Assembly (NCBI RefSeq): GCF_009914755.1
Contig: NC_060925.1
Direction: 5' to 3' (one strand)
DNA: 64,000 nt
DNA from: the human T2T-CHM13v2.0 reference genome, Homo sapiens
Positions 42,506 to 56,200 of this stretch are shown piece after piece (position 1 is the first letter of the stretch; every line of letters begins with the position of its first letter). The notes under the pieces were generated by a model. The model was not told the DNA's origin, ran no database searches, and saw only the letters and a list, made by a program, of their open reading frames with translations. The position numbers and the translations under genes are program-made.

Positions 42506-45500
42506 ATCTGGGGCATTTACAAGCTTTGGGAGAAGCAGAGGAGGGGAGGGTGAGGGAACATCCCTCCCTAGTGCCAGCCCAGGCCTTCTCTCTCTGGTCC
42601 TTGCAGTAGCAGAGTTTTATTCTGGCCTTCCCCGCCCCGATAAAGCAAGGTGCCTCCCTTCCCTCTGTCAAGTTTTTCCGTCAGACTCCCTGCTCGCAGT
42701 GGCCTTCCTTCCCAGGCACTGATGATGCATAGACTCACCCTGGCTGTTTTGCTTGGCGCTCAGCACGTGGCTGGCACTCCACACCTGTGGCGTCACCATC
42801 ACCCCCACTGAGCACCAGGCAAAGGGGAATCACGAGGGCAGGAGGCCCCACTTGATTCAGCAGGTGGACCCTCCCCTCCCCTGACCCCTGGTGTCCCCAC
42901 AAGCCATACTCCCTTCCCAGACCTCAGTTTCCCTGGCAGAAAGCCTCCTACCATTCAGCCAGTCAGCTTGGAAGAAACAGAAAACAGCTTGCCTAGAGGC
43001 AGGGGGATAGCTGAGATGACCTCAAGAGGACCCTTCTTGGATAAGACATCTAGAACTTCACCAACAGGTTTCCCAGGGGGACAATGGTGTGTGTGGGGAA
43101 ACCAGGATGGTCCACCTGCCGGCTCTCTCTCCCACGGCTTCCTGTGCCTAATCTTTCCCCCACCCTTGTGTACTGCCGCTCCTCTCCTCCTCACTTTTTG
43201 CGCAACCTGGCTGACGTTCCAGGAGCTGAGATGGGCAGAGCTGAGTGCCAGGGCCCCTGAGGCCCGGAGGAGTTCCCTGTAGGAACCTTTCCCCCTCCCT
43301 CTTCCAATTACTGGGTCTCCCACCTCCCCTCTACCTCCCAGAGCTGGGAGAAGTTGCTCAGAGGACCACAGAGAAAGAAGGACAGAGAAGAAAGAGATGG
43401 GGAAGGCTTAGAGTGAGGATTTGTATCTGGGAGGTGGGGAGTGTGGGGTGGCTGTGGCCAGTTTGGCAAAAGATTTGAGATGGGGTTGAAAATGAGTAAC
43501 TACTTGGGGGCTAGAGATGCCCCCAACTTCCCAGAGGAGAGCCTGGGTGACAGGGGAGGTTGTCAGAGGGGAGCAGGTTGCTTAATGCCTTTTGTGGAAG
43601 GGTCCAGGAGCCTGGGTTAATCCTGCTTTTATTAATGAGGCAGAATGGTCAGCATTACTTTTCAAACCTCAGATTCTGTATCACTAAAGTGGGAGTAACA
43701 GACATATCTCACAGGGTTGTTGTGAAGATCAAATGAGTTAATGGATAAGAAGGGGTTGTGTAAAATGTAAAGTGTGAGGCAAATGTGAGTTTCTATTATG
43801 AATAAGATTGTGCTCAAGTTGGTGAAGGCTGGGCTGGTGCATTCCATTCATTTGGTCTTGGGATCCCAAGGTCCACTTGAACTACAGGTGAGGGTGGGAT
43901 GCCCGGCAAGACCCCACAGGTGATACCCAGCAGAAGCGAAGGTGGGAGAATGAACCTACCCCCAGCGCCTGTGCCCAGCCCCTCGCCTGGCCCTTAGTGT
44001 GTACTCAACACATACTTGTTGAGCGAATTGATAAATGGTGTTTTGGAGGAGACATGGGCAGAAATGAGTAAGGGCAATGGCATGTGAGACATTTCAGTGG
44101 GAGAAATGAGAGACCGGGTGGCTTAGGGAAAACAGCACAAGTTTGAGAGCCAGATGACCTGGGTTCAAAGATTCAGTTTCTTCATCTGTAAATGGGGATA
44201 ATAACAGTCGCAGGCAGATGCTATGAGGATTCAGTGAGATCATGTGTATGAAGAGGCTGGCCTTTTATAGGCACCCAGTAAATGGTAGTGGCGATGATTA
44301 CTATGATTAAGATGGGAGGGTGCTTTCTACCTCCTAGCAGAGACTATTCAGAGGCTGCCGGCCCTTCACCGCCCGTGAGGCGGGGTGGTCTCACTCTTCC
44401 TCTCCACCTGCTCCAGAGTCTGCATGGGTCTGGCTGTCCAGGTGGTTTGCCTGGGGGGGCTCAATGAGTGGGGAGCATGACCTCCCCACATAGGAACCCA
44501 GAGCTGCAGACCTTGCTTCAGAAAAAGACTCATGGTTTGGGGAGTCTAGCCCAGGCCACTAAACAGACCACTTGCAAAAAAAAAAAATAGCCAAAAATTT
44601 CAAGGGGGGCTGAGTCAGAAAAGAAGAGCCCTTTGGAAGAGGAGGTGATGGGTGATCTTGCTTCCACACCAACCAGCAGGCAGCGATCCCTGAAGTATGT
44701 TCCTAGGCTGCTTTCAAAGGGTCTAAGTTCCGGTAGTGTGTTTGCGGGGAAGGGAGTTATTAGCATCTGATTCCGCTGAACCCTACTATCCCAGCCCCCA
44801 TCCCCAGGATTTCCCCACTTCCTCAGTGGTACCTTTCTTCCTGCCACCCAGCCCACCCCCATCCTTGTTCCTGTCCTCTCCCTACACCTCAGCCTCCATA
44901 TTCAGTTGTTCATCAAATCCTATTGCTATTTCCTTCCTTCCTTCCTCCCTCGCTTCCTTCCTTCCTTCCTTCATGTCCTTCTGTCCTGTCCATTGCCTCC
45001 ATACCTCCACCCACCCTGTCCCATTGCCTCCCTCTTCAAGTCTTATCTCATGTTTGGACTATTGCAAAAATTGATCTGCTGGTCTCCAGCCATGCCCCTC
45101 CAACCCAGCCTAAACTCCCTGCTCCGAAACCTCTATCTCCCTCATTTCCAGGAGGATGAGGCCCAAACTCCTTATTTTGGCATTTTTGTTTTTTTATCCT
45201 CTGGCCTTGTATTGGTGGATTCAGGAAATCTGTTGGCTGGGTCCCTCCACACCATCTGGGCTGGTCTGTTCTGCACCCACCAAACAAGCCTGAGTCTCTG
45301 TTCCCACTTTCCTCCTTACCTGAGGTGCCCTGACTCATTTCTGCCTTTCTAGACCTGCCCATCCTTAAGACCTGTTGAAGTTCCTCCTCCAACCCTCTCC
45401 TTCCTCTCCCACTCTTTTCCCTTCTCCTTCTTGCCTATGAAGCCTTTCCTGACCACCTTGAAACCCTGAAGGATTTCTCTTTCTCCCAGGATCTCCATGT

Positions 45501-47708
45501 GCACCCCTCCAGCCTGTACACTAGTGTTGGCTTTGGCCATTTTTCTTTGGGAGGAAAGCGGCAGGGGTGGTGGAAGTCCTTCAGAGAGCAACAGGTAGGT
45601 GACTCAGGACCAGCTCTGCCCCTCTGGGCAGACTCACTGACAGATGGAGCACCAGATACTAGGGAGTCCCCTCTGACACAGGCTAACAGAGGAAAAGCCT
45701 CCCTTGCTTTACTGGAATACCAAATCTGTCTCTTTCCCATGCCATCTGCCCATCCCAGGAATAGGATGCTGAAGGGGAGAAGGCTCTGGGAGCTTTCACA
45801 ATCCTGAGTTTGCATAAAGAGGAGAACCCAGCAGCCAGTCAGAGTCAGAAAGTTTTGTGTAGAAGAGAACTTGAGGACCACATTTGTCCAATTGTCTCAT
45901 TTTGCAGATAAAGAAACTGCACTTGATTTAACTCCAGTGTTCCTATTCGAAGGGGCTTCAGACCTTCCAGGGACAAAGCTGATCTCAGGACAATGTTTTC
46001 CCCTGAGTGGCACTCAGAATGCCCCTTTCTGACCACCCTGGTGACCTTGCCACCCCAGCTGATGGGACAGGACCTCTGGGTTCTGTTACTCCTCTTGAGG
46101 GCTCTGGTTCCCTCCTGGCCTTGGTTTCCCAAGAATATGATGGCCAGAGTTGCAAATCTGCAGCCACAGGAACTGCCCCAGCTCCTGGTGAGAAGGCGCC
46201 CTCAACATACTTCCTAATTCCAAGAATAGGGGTTGAGGTGGGGTGGGACGTAGAAGACAAGGGTACTTCATCCCCAGCCAGCCCTTCAGGTGAGGGCAAG
46301 AGGTGGAGGGAAGGGGGATGGGAGTGGTGGAAAAGGGTGGGTGGCATGGTGGGGAGGAGGAGTCTCAGAGAACTAGCAGGGATGGGAGTCCCAGGGAATC
46401 CTCAGAGAGGGTGTCTCACGATGCTAGATGCTACATTAGGGGCAGGAAAGTGGAAGAGGGAGCAAGAAAGAGAGCCAGGTATAGGGAACATAACAATCTG
46501 ATCCCCAGTTAAACAAACAAACAGCCATGATAAGTGATGTCAGCATCGCTGGAAAAAAAAGTCAAGTGCCCTATTGCCAGAGGCGTGTATCTACAAGCCC
46601 TGCCCCCACCACCCCTCCACTGCCTTCCATCCCCCTACCGGGCCAGGGATAAATAGCAGGTGCCATGTGATAATACTGAGAAACAAAAGGGTGACCCTGC
46701 CCCTCCTCCACTGTGCAGGGAAGGGGGGCAGGTCCTAAAGAGCTGGAGGGACTTAGAGGGGGTCTGTAGGGTTTAAGGGGAGTAGGGGGTGAGCCAGGAG
46801 AGCAGAGGGCAGGAGATGTGGGTGCATGGGCCATTCCCATGCCCTGGCAGGAGAGTGGGTCAAATCTGGAGCAGAGGGGATGCAGGGGTCGTGCGAGCCG
46901 GAGTAGCTGGGAGAGGGGAAGCAAAGAGAAAATAGACCCTGCAGGGAGGGCACAGGCTGGAGCAGATTCCCTCTTGAGATTCTCCAGGATTTCTCCTCCA
47001 ATGAGCTCATGCCAAAGCACGCCCCTGGTACCTTCTCCCAGTCACATTTCTAACCAGGTCTCTGTCAACACCATCCAAATATTGTAGGCAGAGATGGGCT
47101 TGGGCAGAGATGGGCTCAGGCAGAAGACAGTGCCCGAGTGGATGCACTGAAAGGCTCGGAACGGCACCTGGCCATGGGAAGCATGCAATAAACTCCAACT
47201 ATCATCATTACTGCTATGACTCCAGAGGAGCCTCTTTCTTGCTCTGCCATCTCTAGTGGGCACTCTGCCTTTTTTTGGCTTGCCTTTTTCCATCTGCCCC
47301 TATACCTGCTGCCCCATGCCTTAACCCCTCCAAATTTTCCCAGGACTTGATGAGAGGAACAGCAGAAAATCTTGTCAGAAGAGGGTAGAACATCTGCAGA
47401 GCAGGACTGTGAGGGGTCCATTTGTGGGTTTTGGTTGGATCTGGAGGTGATCCTGTCACTGTGGGCCAGGCTGACTTCCTCCCTCAGTCCTGTCGGGGGT
47501 GTGCATGTGAGGGAGGGGGTTTTTGACGCATGTGTGCCAGGTACGGGAACAGCCCCGGCTGGGCCAACCCACCCTGGCATCCTTATCACTGGTTCCTAGC
47601 CAGCCGGTTGCTGTGTTCTGGGAAGAGGAAAGGTCACCTTGAGGTTTCCCCTTTGCTCTAGCTGCTGGTTGCCTCCCTGCCTCATCCAGGGTGGGGGCCA
47701 CAGGGTAA

Positions 47709-48156
<448 letters not shown>

Positions 48157-50051
48157 CCCCCAGGGCATTTTTAAACACTCCTTTTCCTTTTACTGTCCCT
48201 GTGTTTCCAGGGCAAATCTCTCCCTACTCCTCACCCCAGCCTAATTTCCTCCTCAGTGTAGGGGAGGATGAGATGTCCCTAAGGTGTCTTAGAGACTGCA
48301 TCCCGTGTAGGAGAGAGATTCACTGATACCACCCCCCAAATCCCCACTCCTTATCTCCAGGCGAACTCTCCCTCCTCTGCACTTTCCCTGCTGGGAATGG
48401 GTGCTGGGCTGAGGAAATAGGCTCCAGAAAGAGGGACCAAGTCTAGACTTTGAGAATCACTTCCTAACAGCAAGACTGACAAGGTCATGGGCTCCCTGGA
48501 ATGGGCACTTGAGGTTAAATTCCTAGAAGTCTTTAAGGAGACTGGGGTTGCTTTCACTTGGAAGCAGGGCCTGGGCAAGGAGACCAGTGAAGGGCCCAGC
48601 TGCTCTGGTCCCAGAAATCCAGGCGAAAGCCCAGAGAGGCATCCAGTGAAGATCAACTCCCCTTGAAGGGGTGGCTCTGCCCCTTCCATCTTCCAAGTAG
48701 TGACCCCACAGCCCCCAAAGCTTGGTCAGTGTTGAGCTGGTCCTCGATTCCCCCAGCAAGTTCACGGGGGTCAGTCTGGCTGTTTAGTACGGTTTAAGAG
48801 GCACTCTTGAATACTGGGTATATGCCAATCTCCGGAAGACTCTGGGCATTAAAAGATAAAGAGGAGTCCGTCTCTGCCCCAGGGTTTATACAAATGAGAC
48901 TCAGAGAGCAGGTGGCTAGCTCTGGGAAGTGCCTGGGAAGGCCATCCTGGCAGTGGAGGTGCTCTTGGCCATGCTGGTCTCCATGCTGCCCAAGCAGGGT
49001 CTTGCCAGGTTCTGGATGCCAGGGCCAGGATGAGGGAGGTGGGGGAGGACTGTGGGGTTCTGAGAAAGGGTCATCTGCATGAGTGAAGCCACTCAGGGGG
49101 AAAGCCCTCTCTCAGTCTGCCCACTTGGGGGGCTGCGTCACTCCAGGGTCTTCTGGTCCTCAGACCCGTGGGGCCAAGTGTAAGGGGGCAGTTGATGCTG
49201 GAATAATAGAAGCTTTGTTAGGTCTCAGCTGGGGACCCTCTGGGCTGGTTTTGAGGAATGGGGGCACTGCCTGAGAGTGGCTTGGAACCCCTTGGAGCTG
49301 CAGGATGAGGGGTTTGGAGGCTGAGAGCCTGGAGAGCTGGCTGCCCATCCACTGTCCTGGCCCAAGCCCTTCTGTGTTGAAGCATTCACCATTGAGTCGG
49401 GCGTCCCAGGTCCAGCTACCGCCCACCCGCCTGCCTGATGGAGCTGGTCCCTTGCTCACCCTCTCCCACTCCTCAGTTTCCTCCCCCTCCACCTCTTCCA
49501 ACTTCTCAGGACTAATGGGGACACATGGGATTCTGTGTAGTCCATGCTAAGTTCCCCGAGCTGGTGGAGAAGTACATGAGTGAAGGAGGATGTCTGGGCG
49601 GTAGAAGGAGGGGGAGACAGCCATGCAGAGTAGGCTGGTGAGTCAAGCATTAAGAGCTTTTCCCTCCAAGACTTGAAAAGAAAGGGAGAGGAGCAGCCCA
49701 CAGCTTCAAAGGCTGTCGCGGAGGAAGGTCTAACATTTTCCTTTCCCTCGGAGGCCTTTGCCTCGCTCTGTTTCGGGGTCTGGCGACCACCACACCCTCA
49801 CCCTACTTGCTCCCTCAGTCAAGCCCAGCCTTGCAGCCCAGGTCCTTACATAGACGTGAAGACCCAAAGGGCTCCTCAGAGGGGAAGGGCTGGGAGGCTG
49901 CTCTCAGACTCCAGGGGCCAGAGTGTCCTTCCTACTTGTGCTCAGCTTGGCAGTTGGTTCCTGTCATCCCTCCTCTCGGTACCCCTGGTGACTGCCCTCT
50001 TGCAGGGATGACCCCAGCCCAGTGGGGTGGGCTGGGCTGGGTGGGGCTTAC

Positions 50052-50145
50052 CAGTGGGTGAGCAAAGCCGGCTGGGCAGGGCTGCAGGTGTGTCTGGGGA
50101 GCGGGCAGCCGAAAGGTGTTCCTGAGGTGTGTGAAAGGGCTCTGC
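50052..50145 (-). other. SLC26A9: SLC26A9 non-coding exon 1 (transcription start approximate)
   Basis: Donor CTG|GTAAG at 50052/50051. The start lies about 25-30 nt downstream of the TATA box. Confidence 0.75.
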
Positions 50146-50159
50146 TCAAATAATCCAGG

Positions 50160-50225
50160 GAGGCGTTTATAAATAACTTTTCCTCAGGGCCACGGGGTGA
50201 GCCCCGGCTTCTGATTGGCTCAGAG
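50160..50225 (-). promoter_or_regulatory. SLC26A9: SLC26A9 core promoter: TATA box and CCAAT box
   Basis: On the minus strand, TATAAA at 50171-50166 and AGCCAATCAG (NF-Y consensus) at 50220-50211, with canonical spacing. Confidence 0.75.
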
Positions 50226-53200
50226 GGGAAGTGGTTTTGAACACTACACCATAGCTAAGCCTGAGGAGATAGGAAAAGGAGATAAGGGGGAAAAGGTCCC
50301 AAATGAACAGCCCTTTTTTTGTTTTACCTGGGGAGCAGGGCTGTTTGATGGGAGCTTGGCACTTCCTAAATCCACCCCGAAGACAATAGGTCACATTCAG
50401 CGGGGCTCCTGCCCCACCGGCTCCCCCAAGGCGGCCCTGGAGGAGGGGGACGAGGCAGAGGAGGGGGACAAGGCAGGACAAGCTCCTCTGAGCTTGCTGT
50501 CCTGCTGCTTATGGGGCTGGGGGTCAGGCCAAAGAGCCTCTTGGACAATGGGAGCTATTGAGGCCACCTGAGGGGTGTGCTCTTGGGGATGCTTGCTTTG
50601 AAGATTGGAGATCTAGGGGGTGGGAAGACAGTAGTCCTCTGAACACCCCTGAGGAAGGGGAAGAACCATGTCTGGGAGGCCCTGGGAGCCTTTAGGCGGT
50701 TTTGGTTTGTGGTGGAGACCTGGTTCCCAGTTCTGTCCCCAATGTTAAGTTGCTTGTGAGCTCTGTGCCTTGGTCTATCCATCAGTGCAATGGGGGAAAT
50801 TATTCCTGGCCCCTCAGGTAGTGTGCAAAGAGAACACAGGGGTTTAGAATCTGATAAAAGAGCTCAAGAAACTGGACTTAGAACAATTATATGAGAGGCG
50901 ACCTGAAGGCTAGCAAATCTCCAGTCACAGCCCTCTGCCGCTTCTAGGAATTAATGTCTCCCTGGGTCATGGCACTGCTCCGGCTGCTGCCAGCAGAGCT
51001 GCCCATCCCAGGCCCATTGAGTGCTACGGAAGGACCTCAGAAAGCAATTGTGGACAGGGGCTGGGAGGGTGGGTAGGGGAGTTTCTTAATTTACTTCCTG
51101 GGAGGGAGAGTCACTACCCGACACCAGGTGCCCATTCTTTGAGACATCAAGTGCTGCACTGTCCTCGTCCTCAACTGTCCTCCCATCTCTCCAAAAGAAA
51201 CCAGAGGCTCTGAAGTGGGCTGGAATCAGTGCAGGGGGCTTCAGTAAGGCACCTCTGGAAGTTGGGGCGAAAGTTCCCCATGGTGAAATGAGCTAGCTTC
51301 AGTACTTAATAGGGACTCAATAAATATTTGTTAAATGAATGAAAGAGTGAATTGTCTGCAAGCCCAACCCAAGGGATAGTTTGTAGATGCATTGCTTGTG
51401 GGGACTAGGGAAACACCCGAGGTCACTCAGAGTTGTCAGGGTGTAGCCAGACAACTGGCTGAAGAGAGCCAGAATTCAAGTGACCCAAGTGTGCCCTGAC
51501 ACCTGGCTGAGGGAAGGATGTGTGCATGGACACTGCCTCGGGGAGCCCTTCCCCAGACCCCTATGTGGACTTAGCTGACATGTTGCACATTCGTTCCTCT
51601 GGCTTCCTCTGCTTCACTCTCATAACACTGACCACAATTAATGGTAATTATGTATGGAATTGTCAGTCTTTCTGCAAACACCGTGAACTCCCTGAGGAGG
51701 GCAAGGGGGCAGTGCCTCTTTTGTATCCCTACCCACCTAGCCCAGTGCCCGGCACTTAGGAGGAGCTCAATATAGATTTGAGGAATGAATGAACAATTGT
51801 ATGATAGAGTCTTTAAACAAAGCAAAGCCAGAGGGCGAGAATTTGTCCATGCATCTTCAGTATTGTCCAGTGTCATGGGTAGCCTGACCTGTTCTAAACT
51901 TTGCCCAGGAAATTCCTAGAAAGCAGATGAGTCATTATGTTCTTCCGATAGCCAGGTGACAGTGGCTATCAAGATCAAACAACTAAGTCCCCTTGCTGAG
52001 ACACCATGTCCACCAGGGAATCTTCTGGTTGTATGTCCTTTAGGGCAGAGAATGCACTGCCCAGCTGGTTGGAGCGACTAGGGCTGCTTTTGCAGGCATG
52101 CTTCTCTTTTAAATGACCCATGGACATTCTGGGCTACCCATTGGTCCAGTGTGAGTTTTATTAATGTGAGTTAGTATCCCCTGAGTCTGACCTAGTTTCC
52201 ACAGTAACACTTGGTTTTCCCACAGGTGATTTGGTTTAATTCTTATACCAAACATATAGGCATGTTACTGTCATTTTTTGATGAGAAAACTGAGTTGACT
52301 GAAGTGAAATCACTTATCCAAGATCACAAAGATCTGAATGGAAGAGGCAGGAATCTAACTTGGCTAAAATGGCTTCAAATCCTCTGCTTAGTCTACGATA
52401 TCATCTTAACCTTTGAGCCTGCGAAGCTAAGGATGAGATCCTACAAAAGACCATACCTTTTAGATACCATTAGGCTCCCTTGCTGGTATAACTCCTAATG
52501 TAACCTGGATGAAGACGTCTGGGGCCTCCAGGATACATGCTGGAATTGGAAACTTGTTGTTTGTCCTCCTCAAAACTTTTCTACTGTCTCAGCAAAATTC
52601 TGGGCAGGTAGCCCTTGCATTATAGGGGCAGTAGGGATAGACGAACCCAGAGATTCCTCTGAAGTCACCAAGGAAGATGGACAGGGGCCTCAGAATCTGG
52701 GGCTGGTCATTGGTGGGAGGCCCAGGAAGGAGGAAACCAGATCAGAGGCTAGGGAAACAGAAGACAGAAGGGGGAGTGCCCCGATGGCTGAAAAGGCATC
52801 TTAGGGGTATCTTGGGTAGAATTAAAGTGTGGACAAATTTAGGGTTGGTGGAGGGAACACAAAGATATGGAGAGATAGGTGACAGAAATAGAAACACAGA
52901 GAAAAATGATGGAGACAAAGACTCAGAAACAGAGAAAGGAGCCAAGGACACATTAACAGCCATAGCAGCTCAGCCTAGAGTTTTGCTAAATCATTTGTGT
53001 TTCATGATGAAAGCGATGAACAGCAACCCTATGCCTCTCTCTGGAGCAGGAGAGAGAATCCTTCGGAAGCAACCTACTTCACCCCCAGCCCTAGGGTGGG
53101 ATGCTGCATTCATTCATTCATTTATTCATTCACTGGAAACCCCTTATCAAGTGCCAGGATCCTGTCCTGGGGAAAATGAAATAAATCAGACACAATCTCT

Positions 53201-56200
53201 GTCATGAAAATATCTCACAATCTGGTGAGGAAGACAGGAAGGCGAAGAAACCATTGTAGCATGGAACATAGGGTGCTATGGGAGTACAGGGGAGAGGTGC
53301 CCAGATCAGCCCTCCAGCGGACAGAGAAGGAGCCGGGAAGTCTTCCAACAAGAGGAGGGCAGGAAGCTCAGTCACAGCTGTAGCCTGGACACCTGAGCTA
53401 TAGACCCCAGGTGGGGAAGGACTCCCAGGAAGAAGTAGGATGGCGGCTGCCCCTGAAAGCACTGTTTCTAGAAGGGATTTCCAGCTTGTTCCCAAGTCCT
53501 CTTTGACTTCTGAACGCACCCAAGATTCTCTGCCTTAAAGCCCATCCCTGTGTTCCCCTGTGATCCAAAGCTTGCGACCACACACACACACAGTCACACT
53601 GAACAGTCACACGTAACACTGAGTTATGCAGATAAACCCAAAGTATTCCTAAGGTTCCCTCCTGACACATCTCACCTCTGAGCTGATCTTGCTAAGAAAC
53701 AGCTATTTTTCAGATGAGCAAACTCAGGCTAGACCTGCAAAAAGGAGACAAATTCTGCCACCTCTGTCTATCCTTGAGCCTCTGGTCTTATCTGCACCTG
53801 CTGGCTTCTTGCACGTGTGCCCTGTGTGGGTGCCAAGGGTGTGGGCAGAAACATGTTTTGGGCAGAGCAGCCCAATGACTTAAGCAAATACCTTAAGGCT
53901 AAAGACAGCAAAGTCTTCACCACCCTGCCCTGCAGTGGCAGGATCTGGCCTGGCCCTGCGCGGCTGCCAGTTTCATGAGTGCTTGAGGACTGGTGGGACT
54001 GCAGAGGTACCCAAGGAGAAGCGAATCCTCACTTCTCTCCCCTGGGAAGCCCAGGGGCTCAAGTACCCCAGCTGTGAGTATCTTAGGCTGGTCAGGAGAC
54101 ATGGAAGGCAAGGTGAGTAGGGTGATGCCAGCCAGTGCTTGGTCTTTCAACACAGGGAACTCCTAGCATGTGCCCAGCACTGTGCTAGGCACTGGGCACG
54201 CCAGACCCAGTGAGAACCAGTCCTTGGGAGATCAAGACCCTGGCAGGAGCAGGCAGAAGAGGCTTCTAGAATACACACAATGACAGAGCTGGGGGACAAT
54301 ATGTTAGGAGGAAGCTTAGGGTGGACTCTGAGGTGGCGAGGGTCTGGACAGTTCTTGTCTGGAGACAGTCAGGTCAGCATTGACCATGATCCCTGCACAT
54401 CTGAGGCCGGAGGAAAGGACGTGGCACAAACCATAGAACGGGAGACAAGGAAGGGGCCTTAGGGTCCATCTGGTTCACCTCCCTCATTTTACATATGAGG
54501 GGGCCAGGGACCTGCCCAAAGTCACCGAGAGAGAGATAATGGCAGAGCTGAGGAGATGGCTCAGGTCGGTGCCTGCTTCAGGACCCCATCCTATCCCTCC
54601 ACCCTGGCCCTGGAGCACAAACCGAGCCCTCTCTCCACAAAGAGGGCAAGAAGTCATGTGGGGACCTCCTCCCACTCCCCATTCGGTCATTACCCAGACA
54701 CACCCTGGGCTCCGAGGTGGGCATATGCCAGCTGCCGCTGCAGAGGGACTGTTCTGCCCATCTGAACTCAGCACTCCTTTAGGAGTGGTTTAGGGTTGGG
54801 GTTGGGGGTGTGGGGGAAGCAGGTCTGCAGTGTCAGGGCTTGGGAGCCCAGGAGGATACAACTCCTAGGTGGGCGGGTCCTGCAGCTTCTAGAAAGAGGA
54901 AATGATTCTGCTCAGAACCAGAAATTGGCCTGGGTGAGGGTGTTCAGGGCAGTTCACACTGCCCTGGGAATGCTGAGACTGGGGCTAGAGCTAAGGAGGA
55001 GGTGAGTTCCAGGTGGTTAATGTTGACTGATGGGCCTCCTGGCTGCAATCCTGACACCGGGACCTTAAGCCAAGCACATATTAACCTGGGTGTAGGGGCT
55101 GCTTCTAAGCAGGGGATGTAGACCCCCAATTCAGGGAGAACTGAGAGAGCTGGAGAAGCATGGAATTGAGAATCTTGGGCACCAGGCCTCACCCTATCTC
55201 TAGGATCTGGCTTAGGCAGCGAGGGTATTATGGCAGAGGTGGTTTTTCTGACTGCAGTAAAGTCATAGGAAAATGATACCTTCCCATCTCCCTCTTCCTA
55301 TTCCACATTCTCCAGGAAAGAGTCTGAGACTGGAAGGTGCCTAATACCCACCACCTGATCCAATCCACCTGACTCTTCCTCCCTGGTGACTCCTGACCAC
55401 ACAGACCTCTGTTTTCTGAGTGCCAACAGCTGTGCAGTCTGAACCACACTGCCGGCGGAAAGTGAGGTATTCTAGGTCTTCTAGGTTAGTTTTGTCTCCC
55501 AGTGGTTCCTTGAGGCCCGGGACTGTATCACAAGCACTTGTGAGACATCAGAATGTACTGGAAGAAAGAAAACTTTAGCCTCAGATCTTAGCTCTGGGGT
55601 TTGCTAGTCATGAGACCTGGGGCAAAGTATTAAACTCCCAGGCTCAATTTATTCATCTGTGAAGGGGGCTGAGTGGCAAAAAAGGAGGTGCGGTTGTAAG
55701 GTGAATTCCTTTCCTTCCGGCACAAAGACAGGGCCCAGGAATGACCACTAGTGGCATGGCCATCTGCTTATCTCCATCATCTCTCTGACAGTGCAGTGTA
55801 ATCAGCCCTTCAGCCATACCCCAGCTAGGCGAGGCCCTTCTCAACTGCACAATGAATGGCCCTTGCTCCCTTGTCCCAGGGAGCCAGGAGTGCAGAGCTC
55901 CTGTTTGCAGGTCTTGCCTCACAATCTCCCAGAGATGCAGCCAAGTGGCAGAATGGGTTCCAGAAGGCTCCCCACCCAAGCTTCTCCAGCAGAGCAAAAC
56001 CATGGTGGCAGTACCTGCACCTGAGCCCTGGAGCCCCAGCCCCCTCTGCCTTTTCTCCTTTTGGAAGGTGCCAAGTGGAAAGGGTGTGAGTGAATGTGTG
56101 TATGTGTGTCTGCAGTGTGAATTTTGAACAAGAGTGAGAATGCTTTTCTAAAAGAGAGGGGGACCTGTGTATGTAGTACACCTTTCCTCTTCCTCCCTCC

